Assembly (NCBI GenBank): GCA_963770895.1
Contig: CAVYRF010000001.1
Location: 1,728,001-1,792,000, forward strand
DNA: 64,000 bases
Source of the DNA: an uncultured Acidobacteriota bacterium
GTDB taxonomy: Bacteria; Acidobacteriota; Thermoanaerobaculia; Multivoradales; UBA5704
Reading direction: 5' to 3'
The first letter of the stretch is position 1; each line of letters begins with the position of its first letter. The position numbers and the translations under genes are program-made. Positions 37,281 to 46,181 of this stretch are shown here, in pieces. The notes under the pieces are model-generated. The model worked only from the letters and a program-made list of their open reading frames with translations, was not told the origin of the DNA and ran no database searches.

Positions 37281-38756
37281 CTACTCGACGCCAGCCGCGG
37301 CGGTCTCGCCGTGCAACGGCACCGATGTCGATTCGCTTCGCCCCTCGACGGCGTCGATCAGTTCGAACTTGGCATTCCGGCGCAGCGGCGAGCACGGCGA
37401 ACTGCCGGTGTCCATGCGGATCTGCGGGCAGTAGACACCCTGGCAAACCGGCAGGATGGTGCACTTCCGGCACTTGGGGTCCTGCTCGAAGGCCGGTTCG
37501 GTCCACAACGCAAGCTTGTCCTGATCGAGCTCCATGCGACCGTCGGGGCGGAGGTAGCCCACCACGTTGCGGTCGTGCTTGTCGAGGTCGACCGTGCACT
37601 TCATCACCTTGCCGCTCGCCCCGATCAGGAAGTTGTAAGGCCGCGCCGCGTAGCAGACGTGCGAGCCCAGGCCCACTTCGGTGATCCCCGAGGCAAGGCT
37701 GAGGCCGCGCCGCTGGGCCTCCTTTTTCATCTCGCGTTCCATGCTCCAGGCGTCCTCGACGCCGCAGACCGCAAGGCTGGCGTCGTTCGGCCCACCCCAC
37801 TTGCCGACGGCGTAGAAGCGCATCTTGAAGCGCGGATCGCCGCCGAGCTCGCGCTCGATGATGTCGAGAAAGCCGCGGTAGCTCATCACGTTGTTGCGGT
37901 CGAAGTTGAAGCGCAACATGACCGTGAAGTCCTCGCTGCGGCGTGACAGCGCCTTGAGGTTGGCGAGGATGGTGCCGAAGGTTTCCTGGCCGTCGCGGGT
38001 GGGTCGAGTGCGGTTGTGGTCCTCCGGCACTCCGTCGATGGTGATCTGGAAAAACGCCACTTCCCAGGCCAGGAGCCGCTCGGCCACCTCCGGTGTGAGC
38101 AGGAAGGCGTTGGTGGTCATGTTGCTGGAGAAGCGGACCGAGTGTTCGCGGGCGATCGCCTGGAAGAACGGCGCGAGGTCCTCGATGGCCTCGAAGCCGT
38201 AGAGCGGCTCGCCGCCGAACCACGCCACCGACAGAGAGCTGAGCGAGCGGATGCGCGATTCGGTCAGCTTCTTGATGGCGGTGCGCACCGCCGGCTGCAT
38301 GGTGCCGCGGGCGAAGTCCTCGTAGCAGTAGGTGCAGCGGAAGTTGCAGTCTTCGGAGGCGAGGAGGATGAGTTGCAGGATGTCGGTGCGGTACTGGGCC
38401 TGGCCGAATTCGAGCTGGATGCGCCGGTATTCGTCAGTCCCCTCCTGGACCAGGAAGCCACGCTCGTAAAGGAGCTTGACGGCGCCCCGCCGTGCCGCCG
38501 TAAAACCCTTCTGCGTCAACAGGGTCTCGATCTTACGCCGGACTGCGACGGGGAAGACGCTCATCGTGCCGCGCAAGCTGTTCCACAGCACCAGACGGCC
38601 GTCGGTGGTGGTGGCGCGGGTGTTGTAGCGCGAGGGCACCCACCGCGTGGCGCCGGCCTCGGCCATCGCACTCCCTCCGGCGGGCACCGAGGGGATCTCC
38701 GTGTCGAGAGGAGATCGCACCAGAATGGGAAGCTTATCGCCGAGGCCGAGACTCAT
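37281..38756 (-). CDS. Radical SAM/SPASM peptide maturase
   Basis: RRE-like N-term (SRYN...LVLWNSLRG...GFLV); CNFRCTYCY; WFGGEPL; SPASM cysteines CYAA..KC..KCRKCTILPVCQGVYCP..C. Confidence 0.9.
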   Translation of the reverse strand: MSLGLGDKLPILVRSPLDTEIPSVPAGGSAMAEAGATRWVPSRYNTRATTTDGRLVLWNSLRGTMSVFPVAVRRKIETLLTQKGFTAARRGAVKLLYERGFLVQEGTDEYRRIQLEFGQAQYRTDILQLILLASEDCNFRCTYCYEDFARGTMQPAVRTAIKKLTESRIRSLSSLSVAWFGGEPLYGFEAIEDLAPFFQAIAREHSVRFSSNMTTNAFLLTPEVAERLLAWEVAFFQITIDGVPEDHNRTRPTRDGQETFGTILANLKALSRRSEDFTVMLRFNFDRNNVMSYRGFLDIIERELGGDPRFKMRFYAVGKWGGPNDASLAVCGVEDAWSMEREMKKEAQRRGLSLASGITEVGLGSHVCYAARPYNFLIGASGKVMKCTVDLDKHDRNVVGYLRPDGRMELDQDKLALWTEPAFEQDPKCRKCTILPVCQGVYCPQIRMDTGSSPCSPLRRNAKFELIDAVEGRSESTSVPLHGETAAAGVE

Positions 38757-38782
38757 GGCCGATCCTCCTTGGTAACACGCTT

Positions 38783-38811
38783 ACTGTAGATAAGCAATTT
38801 CATTTTGTCAA
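38783..38811 (-). promoter_or_regulatory. sigma70-type promoter for the SPASM-precursor-flavoprotein-rSAM operon
   Basis: Minus strand TTGACA-17 nt-TACAGT, then AAGGAGGA RBS and ATG at 38756. Confidence 0.65.
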
Positions 38812-38997
38812 GTTATGCGTAAGTCTATTATTCCTACATAGATGCAAGTTGGCGCGAAGGAACGCGCATGCTCTCCTCCCGCTTGGGGTCCGCGATGGCC
38901 GGCTTGCGCAGACGCGCTGGTGGTCGCGCCTTGCCTTCTGGCGTTAGGCCAGGGCAGCCCTCATAATCCGCCCCATGGAATGGAAAGGAGTCTCAGG

Positions 38998-39993
38998 ATG
39001 ACCTGTCGCCCGCCGCGGCCGCCGGCCTTTGCCATCGCCCTGCTGTGCGGAGCGCCGCTGTTCGCCCCTGGCGTCGCCGCCGCGCAGCAGGGCGCGCCGC
39101 CCGATCCCGCGGCGTATCAGCAGGAGATCGAAGCGTGGCGCGCCAACCGCGTCGCCAGCCTCAAGCAGGACCAGGGGTGGCTGGCCGACGCGGGCAGGTT
39201 CCGGCTGGACGAGGGAGAAAGCCGCGTCGGCAGCGATCCGGCGTCGCGCGTGCTGCTGCCGTCCGGCAGGGCGCCCGCCTTTGCCGGCACGCTGGCGCGG
39301 CACGGCGACGCGGTAACCTTCGTGCCCGCTCCCGGCCTGGCTCCGCCGCCCACCGCCGAGCGCCACCAGAACGGCGACCACGGCGCCCTGCTGGCCGCGC
39401 CGGCCGGCGGCGCCTTTGCGGGATCGCTGGTCCTGGCGGACGACAGCACCGAAGGCGGCCCGACCGTCGTCCACCTGGGCGCGATTTCGTTCTATGTCAT
39501 CCGGCGCTTCGACAAGATGATCGTCCGCGTCAAGGACGCCCAGGCCCCGGCGATCGCCGCCTTCCAGGGCATCGACAACTTCCCGCTGCGCGCCGACTGG
39601 CGGGTCCAGGCCCGCTTCGAGCCCTACAAGCCCCCCAAGCCGCTCACCATCACCAACGTCGTCGGTGAGATCGACGACGGCCTGGTGCCCGGCGCGGTCG
39701 TCTTCGACCACGACGGCCACTCCTACCGCCTGGACGCTTTCGACGAGGCCGACGGCCGCCTCTTCATCGTCTTCGGCGACCAGACCAACGCCTTCGAAAC
39801 CTACGGCGCCGGCCGCTTCCTGGACGCCGAAAAGCCCGCCAAGGACGGCCGCCTGATTCTCGATTTCAACAAAGCGTACAACCCCCCGTGCGCCATCTCC
39901 ACCTACGCCGTCTGCCCTCTGCCGCCGCGCCAGAACCGCCTCCCCGTCCAGGTCCAGGCCGGCGAAAAGACCTTCCGCGGGGCCCACGGCTGA
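38998..39993 (+). CDS. DUF1684 family secreted protein
   Basis: FGDQTNAFETYGAGRFL, LDFNKAYNPPCA..CPLPP..N.L...V.AGEK. Confidence 0.88.
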   Translation: MTCRPPRPPAFAIALLCGAPLFAPGVAAAQQGAPPDPAAYQQEIEAWRANRVASLKQDQGWLADAGRFRLDEGESRVGSDPASRVLLPSGRAPAFAGTLARHGDAVTFVPAPGLAPPPTAERHQNGDHGALLAAPAGGAFAGSLVLADDSTEGGPTVVHLGAISFYVIRRFDKMIVRVKDAQAPAIAAFQGIDNFPLRADWRVQARFEPYKPPKPLTITNVVGEIDDGLVPGAVVFDHDGHSYRLDAFDEADGRLFIVFGDQTNAFETYGAGRFLDAEKPAKDGRLILDFNKAYNPPCAISTYAVCPLPPRQNRLPVQVQAGEKTFRGAHG

Positions 39994-40122
39994 GACGCCT
40001 CCCTTCTCAATGGCAGCCGCGCGACCTTGACTTGCCGCAGGGTTGCGCACAGCATATTGCGAAGATGCGTTAGTGCAAGCCACTGGACCTGACTCGGCCC
40101 GGTGGCGGGGGAGCGTGGCACC

Positions 40123-41364
40123 ATGATTCCCTACTTTCTGAACCTCGGCCAGAGCATCGAACGGGCCTGGCTGGCGCGGGGCTACGACGAAGAGGTGTTC
40201 CCTACGCTGGCGGTGGATCTCCTGGCGGAGAATCCACCGCAGCAGCATGTCGGGACGGCGGATGTCGTCGATTGGGTCTTCGGTACTTCCCACCCCTTTT
40301 TGCAGCCCGCTGGACGCGCCTTTTTCGGCGAGCCGCCGGTGCTGGTCTACCAGGGGCCGCGGTTCTATATCGAAGTTCTGTTCTGGATGGCGGCGACCAC
40401 CTCCATCCACGAGCATGGCTTCAGCGGCGCTTTCGCGGTCCTGGCCGGATCGAGCGTGCACAGCCACTGGCGTTTCGCGCGCGAGCGGACGATCAATTCC
40501 CGCCTGCTGTGCGGCCGGCTGGAGCGCGTGTCGACCGAGATCCTGCGGCCCGGCGCCATCCGCCAGATCGACTCCGGCAGCCGGCTGATCCACCAGCTTT
40601 TCCACCTGGAGCTGCCGTCGGTCACGATCGTCGTGCGTACCTATTCCGATCGCAAACATCAGCCGCAGTATCAGTACCTGCCGCCGGGACTGGCGATCGA
40701 CCCCGAGGACCACGACCCGCTGCGGGCGCGGCGCCTGCTGCTGCTCGACAACATGGCCCGCGGCCGGCTTCCGGGCCTGCCGGAGTACGCCGGCAGGCTC
40801 ATCGCCGTCGCCGATCCGGAGACGCTGTGGCAGATGTTCTCGACCTTGACCCGCCGCAAGGTGGACCGCGGCCTGCTCGACGGCCTGTTCCGGCTTGCCC
40901 GCGACCGCCACGGCGACGTGGTGGACCTGTTCCGCCGGGTGTGCGAAGACGAGCGGCGCACCCGCGTGGTGACCGCGCTGCGGGAAAAAGTCGTCGATCC
41001 GCAGGCGCGGTTCCTGCTGGCGCTGCTGATGCTGATGCCCGATCGCGACGCGATCGTCGAAACCGTGCAGCAACAGTTTCCCAACCTGCAGCCGGTGCCG
41101 GCGATCGAAACCTGGGTCGCATCCATGGCCGGCAAGGAAACCATCGGCTTTCACCTCACCGACCTCAACCGCCTCATCTTCCGCGGCCTGGTGGAAGGTG
41201 TCGACGCGGATGGCCTCTTGCAGCGGTTGCGGACCCAGCTCCAGGACGGCGCCGCCACCGATCCCGAGCACGCGCTCGACCACGCCAAGCGCATGGCGCG
41301 GCTGGACCTGTTCTATCCGTTGTTTTCACGTTCGCCGCTGCGCGAAGCGGCGCGGATGGCCTGA
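40123..41364 (+). CDS. Hypothetical protein with a cupin (thiol-dioxygenase-like 3-His) domain
   Basis: TTSIHEHGFSGAFAVLAG and distal LIHQLFH; helical C-terminal half. Confidence 0.6.
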   Translation: MIPYFLNLGQSIERAWLARGYDEEVFPTLAVDLLAENPPQQHVGTADVVDWVFGTSHPFLQPAGRAFFGEPPVLVYQGPRFYIEVLFWMAATTSIHEHGFSGAFAVLAGSSVHSHWRFARERTINSRLLCGRLERVSTEILRPGAIRQIDSGSRLIHQLFHLELPSVTIVVRTYSDRKHQPQYQYLPPGLAIDPEDHDPLRARRLLLLDNMARGRLPGLPEYAGRLIAVADPETLWQMFSTLTRRKVDRGLLDGLFRLARDRHGDVVDLFRRVCEDERRTRVVTALREKVVDPQARFLLALLMLMPDRDAIVETVQQQFPNLQPVPAIETWVASMAGKETIGFHLTDLNRLIFRGLVEGVDADGLLQRLRTQLQDGAATDPEHALDHAKRMARLDLFYPLFSRSPLREAARMA

Positions 41365-41470
41365 ACGGCCGGCGGGCTACGGGCGAAGGGGCGGCGTCCT
41401 GCGATGGCGTGCCGGTGCGACGCCCCCGGCCCTGCTGTGTACAACCAGACGGGCCAGGGGCACCGGGAGC

Positions 41471-41584
41471 TCAGTTGGGATTGTTGATGATGTTGTTGTT
41501 GTCGTCCGGCTTCGCATCGCCGCCCGACACGTCTTCCAGAACCTCGTCATCCAGCTCTGCACTCTTGGACTTCTCGTCGGCCAT
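41471..41584 (-). CDS. RiPP precursor peptide 2 (37 aa)
   Basis: Hand translation MADEKSKSAELDDEVLEDVSGG|DAKPDDNNNIINNPN*; AAAGGAG RBS; same LEDVSGG leader as peptide 1; below the ORF-track cutoff. Confidence 0.88.
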   Translation of the reverse strand: MADEKSKSAELDDEVLEDVSGGDAKPDDNNNIINNPN

Positions 41585-41676
41585 GGGATGGCTCCTTTGG
41601 GTGAATACCTCCGTTCAACATGAACGAAGGCCGTCATCAGCGTGGTTGCTATCCGCCATTGCAAGGTCAGGCGGGC

Positions 41677-44001
41677 TCATCTGGGCGCCGCCACCATCGG
41701 CGCGGGATCGGAACCCGGTTCCGAGTGTCGCGGCGTCCACCCCTGCCGGGGCCCGCGGGATCTCCCGGCAGCCGTCGGCATTGCCGCCTTCTGCGACGCC
41801 GTCAATACGATCAGGCCTTGCGCGGCGAGCCGCCGGAAGTAGCGCAGGAACCTGGCGGCCTCCGGCTGGTCGACACGGCCGAGCAGCTCCCGCAGCGTGA
41901 CCGTCTGCGTCTCGGTCGCCGCCAGCAGCTGGTAGACGAACGGATCGATCCGCACACACTTGGCGCCGGCCATCGCCCAGTAGCGGCGTTGCGGGCCGGC
42001 TGCCAGCGCGGTGCGGCCGGCAGCCCATTCGCGATAGGCCTGCTGCGTCGGTTCGCGCGGGACCTTGGCCAGCGCCGCCAGATAGGACGCCATCTGTTTG
42101 CGTTCGCGCAGGATCGTGGCCAGGTCGTACGGTGAGTCCCGCAGCACCCCCGGCACCCCGACGGCGCACGCCAGCAGCTGCTCGTCCGACATCGCATCGT
42201 CGGTGTCGAGGTTGTCGCGGAAAAAGCGCCGGCCGTAGAAATCGTAATAAATCATGCTGTGCAGGCTGTCGGTGCCGCCGGCCCAAGGTCTTCCCAGCAT
42301 CAGGGGAAAGATGTTGCCGCGGGCGTCGAACGAAGCGTCGCGGTCTTCGGTGAGCATCGCCTTGCTCTCTTCGCCCCGCGCGTCGTCTTCCAGCTCGTAG
42401 GCCGGCGCCCGCAGCACGTCGACGTCCTGCTTTTCGATCAGGCGCACGCCGAAGCGGCCGGGGTCCTTGGCGACGATCGCCGTGCCGGTCAGCAGGAAGG
42501 TGCCGATGCCGCCGGTGGACCAGTAGTCGTCGTGGTCGCGGACGAAGCGATGGGTCTCCGCCTTTTCTGCCGCGGTTTCCGATGGGAAGTCGGAGAACGC
42601 CATGAGCTGGACCGCGACGCCGGCCTCCGCGAAGTTCTTCATCGTTTCGCCCATGAAGGCGACCTTGGTGCCTTTGTCGATCAGGTCCAGGATGCGCTGG
42701 CTGCCGGACTCCATGCCGAACGAGACGCAGACGCAGCCGCTGGCCGCCAGCTTGGCGCAGCGGTCTTGCGTGAAAACCTTTTCCAAGCGCATTTCCGCCG
42801 CCCAGCGGATGTCCAGATCGGCGGCGGCGATGGCGTCGGACAGCCTGTCCAGGTAGGCGGGCGCCATGACGTCGACGGCGAAATAGACATACCGGGCACC
42901 GGTTTCGCCAATGGCGCTGCGCAGGTCGTCGACCGCCTGGTCGACCCGGCGCTCGCGCCATGGGGAGGTCGGCTTGGAGGTGTTGAGGCCGTAGTCGCAA
43001 AACGTGCAGCGATTCCAATAGCAGCCGCGCGTGGGCGAATAGTTGATGCCGCGCGCCGGCGCCAGGTACAGGTCCCACGGGTAGCGGAAAAGCGGGCGGC
43101 CCAGGGCCGGCACGTTCTCGTAATGGATGCAGTCGGGCAGGTACAGCTTGTCCGCCGTGCGGTCGTACGAGATGAGGTTGTGGACCTTGGCGCCGGGCTT
43201 GACCTGCCCGGCGTCGGCGATCTGGCACAGCGCCGTCTCGCCTTCGCCGACGACGATGCCATCGCACATTTCGAAAAAGCGCCGCATCTGCTGCTTGTCG
43301 CGGATGTACTTGTAAAACTGGCTGATCGAGGTGCCGCCCAGCAGGATCTGCTTGTCCGGCCAGCGCCGCTTCGCCCACCGTGCCATGTGCAGGGCGTGAA
43401 ACATCTGGTGGTCGTAGACGATGCTGAGCCCCAGGCAGTCCGCGGCGGCGAGCTGGGCGTCGTCCGCCAGCCGCTCGTCGAGGAAGCGATCGAAGACCTG
43501 GCAGATCGTTGCGGTCAGGCCGGGTTCGAAAAGATCGCGGAAGTTGTAGGGCGAAAAGCGGCCGCGGCTGACCTGCCTGAAGTTGGTCACGTCGCCGGGG
43601 TAGCTGAGGCTGCCGAGCATGCTTTCGTAACGCAGCAAGCTCATCCGAAAGGTCTTGTACTCATCGAAAGCAAGGAAGGCGTCGCGATCGCGCAATCCGG
43701 CGAGCGATCGTTGCAGCTGTTCGTAGGAGACGCGATGCTGGCGCCAGAGGCCGAGGTACTCTTCCTGCTCCAGGAAGGACAGCGACCCTTTGCGTTCCAA
43801 GGCCTTCAACCGCCGGTCGGCCTCTTCGTAGAACGACGAGAAGACCGCTTCCTCGAACGTCCAATTCACCATCTCGATGTTGACGTCGCGGATGGCGACG
43901 TCGTCGAAGCCGCAATGCACCAGGTGGCCGGCGAGGTAGGCGGTCGAATGGTACGGCAACGTGGGATCGTCGAGCGGCGGGTGCGCGAGCACGATCTTCA
44001 T
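41677..44001 (-). CDS. B12-binding-type radical SAM enzyme, copy 2
   Basis: MKIVLAHPPLDDPTLPY; shares the block RGINYSPTRGCYWNRCTFCDYGLNTSKPTSPWRER with copy 1; AAGGAGG RBS. Confidence 0.85.
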   Translation of the reverse strand: MKIVLAHPPLDDPTLPYHSTAYLAGHLVHCGFDDVAIRDVNIEMVNWTFEEAVFSSFYEEADRRLKALERKGSLSFLEQEEYLGLWRQHRVSYEQLQRSLAGLRDRDAFLAFDEYKTFRMSLLRYESMLGSLSYPGDVTNFRQVSRGRFSPYNFRDLFEPGLTATICQVFDRFLDERLADDAQLAAADCLGLSIVYDHQMFHALHMARWAKRRWPDKQILLGGTSISQFYKYIRDKQQMRRFFEMCDGIVVGEGETALCQIADAGQVKPGAKVHNLISYDRTADKLYLPDCIHYENVPALGRPLFRYPWDLYLAPARGINYSPTRGCYWNRCTFCDYGLNTSKPTSPWRERRVDQAVDDLRSAIGETGARYVYFAVDVMAPAYLDRLSDAIAAADLDIRWAAEMRLEKVFTQDRCAKLAASGCVCVSFGMESGSQRILDLIDKGTKVAFMGETMKNFAEAGVAVQLMAFSDFPSETAAEKAETHRFVRDHDDYWSTGGIGTFLLTGTAIVAKDPGRFGVRLIEKQDVDVLRAPAYELEDDARGEESKAMLTEDRDASFDARGNIFPLMLGRPWAGGTDSLHSMIYYDFYGRRFFRDNLDTDDAMSDEQLLACAVGVPGVLRDSPYDLATILRERKQMASYLAALAKVPREPTQQAYREWAAGRTALAAGPQRRYWAMAGAKCVRIDPFVYQLLAATETQTVTLRELLGRVDQPEAARFLRYFRRLAAQGLIVLTASQKAAMPTAAGRSRGPRQGWTPRHSEPGSDPAPMVAAPR

Positions 44002-44372
44002 TTGCGACCTCCTTGGCGTTGCGTTCCGCCTGCCGTCGGAGCGAAGGATCTGCCGGGGCGTCTCCTTCGTCTCATGGTGCTTCGTATATGCCAACATTAC
44101 CCTATAACAGTGAGTAGTTGATACGCAATACAACGTACAAATGAAATCATGTTTAATACCTGACAGGGGTGGTCAGTTTATGGGACAAGCGCCCCAATTA
44201 CAGGCCGCGCCAGACTCTTTTCGCCGGGTTTTTGTGCTGCTCAATCTGTGCTAAGTGCCTTGTAGAAATCGATGCTTACGTAGTACTCTCTGTTTTGCGC
44301 GGTTTTGTGAGGCCGCGGGGCGCTGTCCTGGGCCTGGCAGGCCTCTCCTCGTGGAGCGCGGGACAAGGGCGA

Positions 44373-46151
44373 ATGGCACTGAACATCCTGGGGATCTCAG
44401 CGCACTACCACGATGCATCCTGTTGCCTGTTGCGCGACGGGCAGCTCATCTGCGCGGCGGAGGAAGAGCGCTTCTCCCGCGTCAAGCACGACAGCCGCCT
44501 GCCCTGGCGCTCTTTTCGCTTCTGCCTCGAACAGGGGGGCATCACCCTGCCCGAGGTCGACTGCGTCGCCTACTATGAAAATCCTGAAAAGAAGCTGTCC
44601 CGGCAGATCTGGATGGCCCTGCATCCGGATGCCTCCGACTCCATCCGCCGCAGCGTTCTGAGCCGGCTGCCGGATCGCGTCGACCGGGTCGAACGGCAGA
44701 TCCGCCACCAGCTCGGCTACACCGGCCGGTTGGAGCTTTTCGATCATCACCAGTCTCACGCCGCCAGCAGCTTTTTTTACTCCGGGTTCGAAGAGGCCGC
44801 GGTGTTGACCGTGGACGGCGTGGGCGAATGGGCGACGACCGCCTTCGGCGCCGCCGCCGGCGCCGCCATCGATCTGTTCGAAGAGGTCCGCTTCCCCAAC
44901 TCGCTGGGCATGCTGTACAGCGCCATGACCGCGTATCTGGGCTTTGACGTCAACGACGGCGAATACAAAGTCATGGGGCTCGCCCCCTACGGAGAGCCGC
45001 GCTACGTCGACCAGGTGCGCGCCCTGGTGACGCGGCAAGGGGACGGCCAGTACCGGCTCAACCTCCAGTATTTCGATTTCCTGCGGCGCAACCGGATGTA
45101 TTCGGACCAACTGGTGGATCTATTCGGGGCACCGCCGCGGTTGCCCGAGGCGGAGCTGCTGGCATTTCACCAGGACGTCGCGCGCAGCGTCCAGTGGGTG
45201 CTCGAAGAGATCCTGCTCGAAAAAGTGCACTACCTCCACGACCGGGTTCCCAGCCGCAACCTCTGCATGGCGGGCGGCGTCGCGCTCAACTGCGTGGCCA
45301 ACAGCCGCATCCTCCGCGACGGGCCCTTCGCCCAGCTGTTCGTACAGCCCGCCGCGAGCGATGCCGGCGGCTGCCTGGGCGCCGCCGCCCTGGCGCACGT
45401 GCGCCTGACCGGCGAGCGGCCGGCCCAGGGCCGCCTGGCCCACATGTACTGGGGCCCCGCCACGCCGGTCGAAGACGTCGCCGGCATGCTCGCCGGAACC
45501 GCGCTGCCGGCCCTCGACTTCCGCTGCCGGCCCGACGACCTGCTGCAGGCGACCGTCGAGCGCCTGGCGGCCGGCAAGGTCGTGGGCTGGTTCCAGGGCC
45601 GCATGGAGTTCGGACCGCGCGCGCTGGGGGCCAGGTCGATCCTGGCGGACCCGCGCGACGAAGGCATGCGCGACCGGATCAACGCCCTGGTCAAGATGCG
45701 CGAAAGCTTCCGTCCCTTCGCCCCGGCGGTTCTCGAAAGCCGGGCGCGGGATCACTTCGCCATCGACCATCCCTCTCCCTTCATGCTGGAAACCTGCCCG
45801 GTCAGCTCGCCGATCCATCTGCCGGCGGTCACCCACGTCGACCGCTCGGCCCGCCTGCAGACCGTCGACCCGGCGTCGAGCCCGCGCTTCGCCGCCCTCC
45901 TGGAGCGCTTTGCCGATCGCACCGGCTGCCCGATCCTGCTCAACACCTCCTTCAACGTCCGCGGCGAACCCATCGTCCGCACGCCGGAGGAGGCGCTGCT
46001 CTGTTTTGCACGCTCGGGCATCGATACCCTGGTCCTCGAAGACTTCGTCATCGACCGCCAATCGGTGCCGCCGGCCTGGAGCCAGCTGCTGCCGAAGCAG
46101 GAGCGACCCGGCGGGCCGAGGGTGAGCCACCAGGTGTACACGCTGCTGTAG
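44373..46151 (+). CDS. CmcH/NodU family carbamoyltransferase
   Basis: ILGISAHYHD, EEERFSRVKH, HHQSHAAS, DGVGEW, GEYKVMGLAPYG, AGGVALN, EFGPRALG, LLNTSFN. Confidence 0.93.
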   Translation: MALNILGISAHYHDASCCLLRDGQLICAAEEERFSRVKHDSRLPWRSFRFCLEQGGITLPEVDCVAYYENPEKKLSRQIWMALHPDASDSIRRSVLSRLPDRVDRVERQIRHQLGYTGRLELFDHHQSHAASSFFYSGFEEAAVLTVDGVGEWATTAFGAAAGAAIDLFEEVRFPNSLGMLYSAMTAYLGFDVNDGEYKVMGLAPYGEPRYVDQVRALVTRQGDGQYRLNLQYFDFLRRNRMYSDQLVDLFGAPPRLPEAELLAFHQDVARSVQWVLEEILLEKVHYLHDRVPSRNLCMAGGVALNCVANSRILRDGPFAQLFVQPAASDAGGCLGAAALAHVRLTGERPAQGRLAHMYWGPATPVEDVAGMLAGTALPALDFRCRPDDLLQATVERLAAGKVVGWFQGRMEFGPRALGARSILADPRDEGMRDRINALVKMRESFRPFAPAVLESRARDHFAIDHPSPFMLETCPVSSPIHLPAVTHVDRSARLQTVDPASSPRFAALLERFADRTGCPILLNTSFNVRGEPIVRTPEEALLCFARSGIDTLVLEDFVIDRQSVPPAWSQLLPKQERPGGPRVSHQVYTLL

Positions 46152-46181
46152 GTTTGCCAGCGCCCTTACCCTGGAGGAGCC

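Noticed and set aside
37054-38223. 389-aa ORF ending in the precursor sequence
   Set aside because: The upstream part is an alternate frame of the SPASM gene; the real gene starts at ATG 37197 after AAGGAGG.
37281-38756. SPASM enzyme as anaerobic sulfatase maturase for the sulfatase at 11 kb
   Set aside because: It is about 25 kb away, has an RRE-like N-terminus and lies directly upstream of a peptide precursor.
38998-39993. DUF1684 gene as a RiPP tailoring enzyme
   Set aside because: A widespread secreted family with no known peptide-modifying role; probably a passenger between the two modules.
44002-44372. Specific promoters or operator in the divergent AT-rich gap
   Set aside because: Likely regulatory, but only weak -35/-10 matches were found, so no defensible coordinates.
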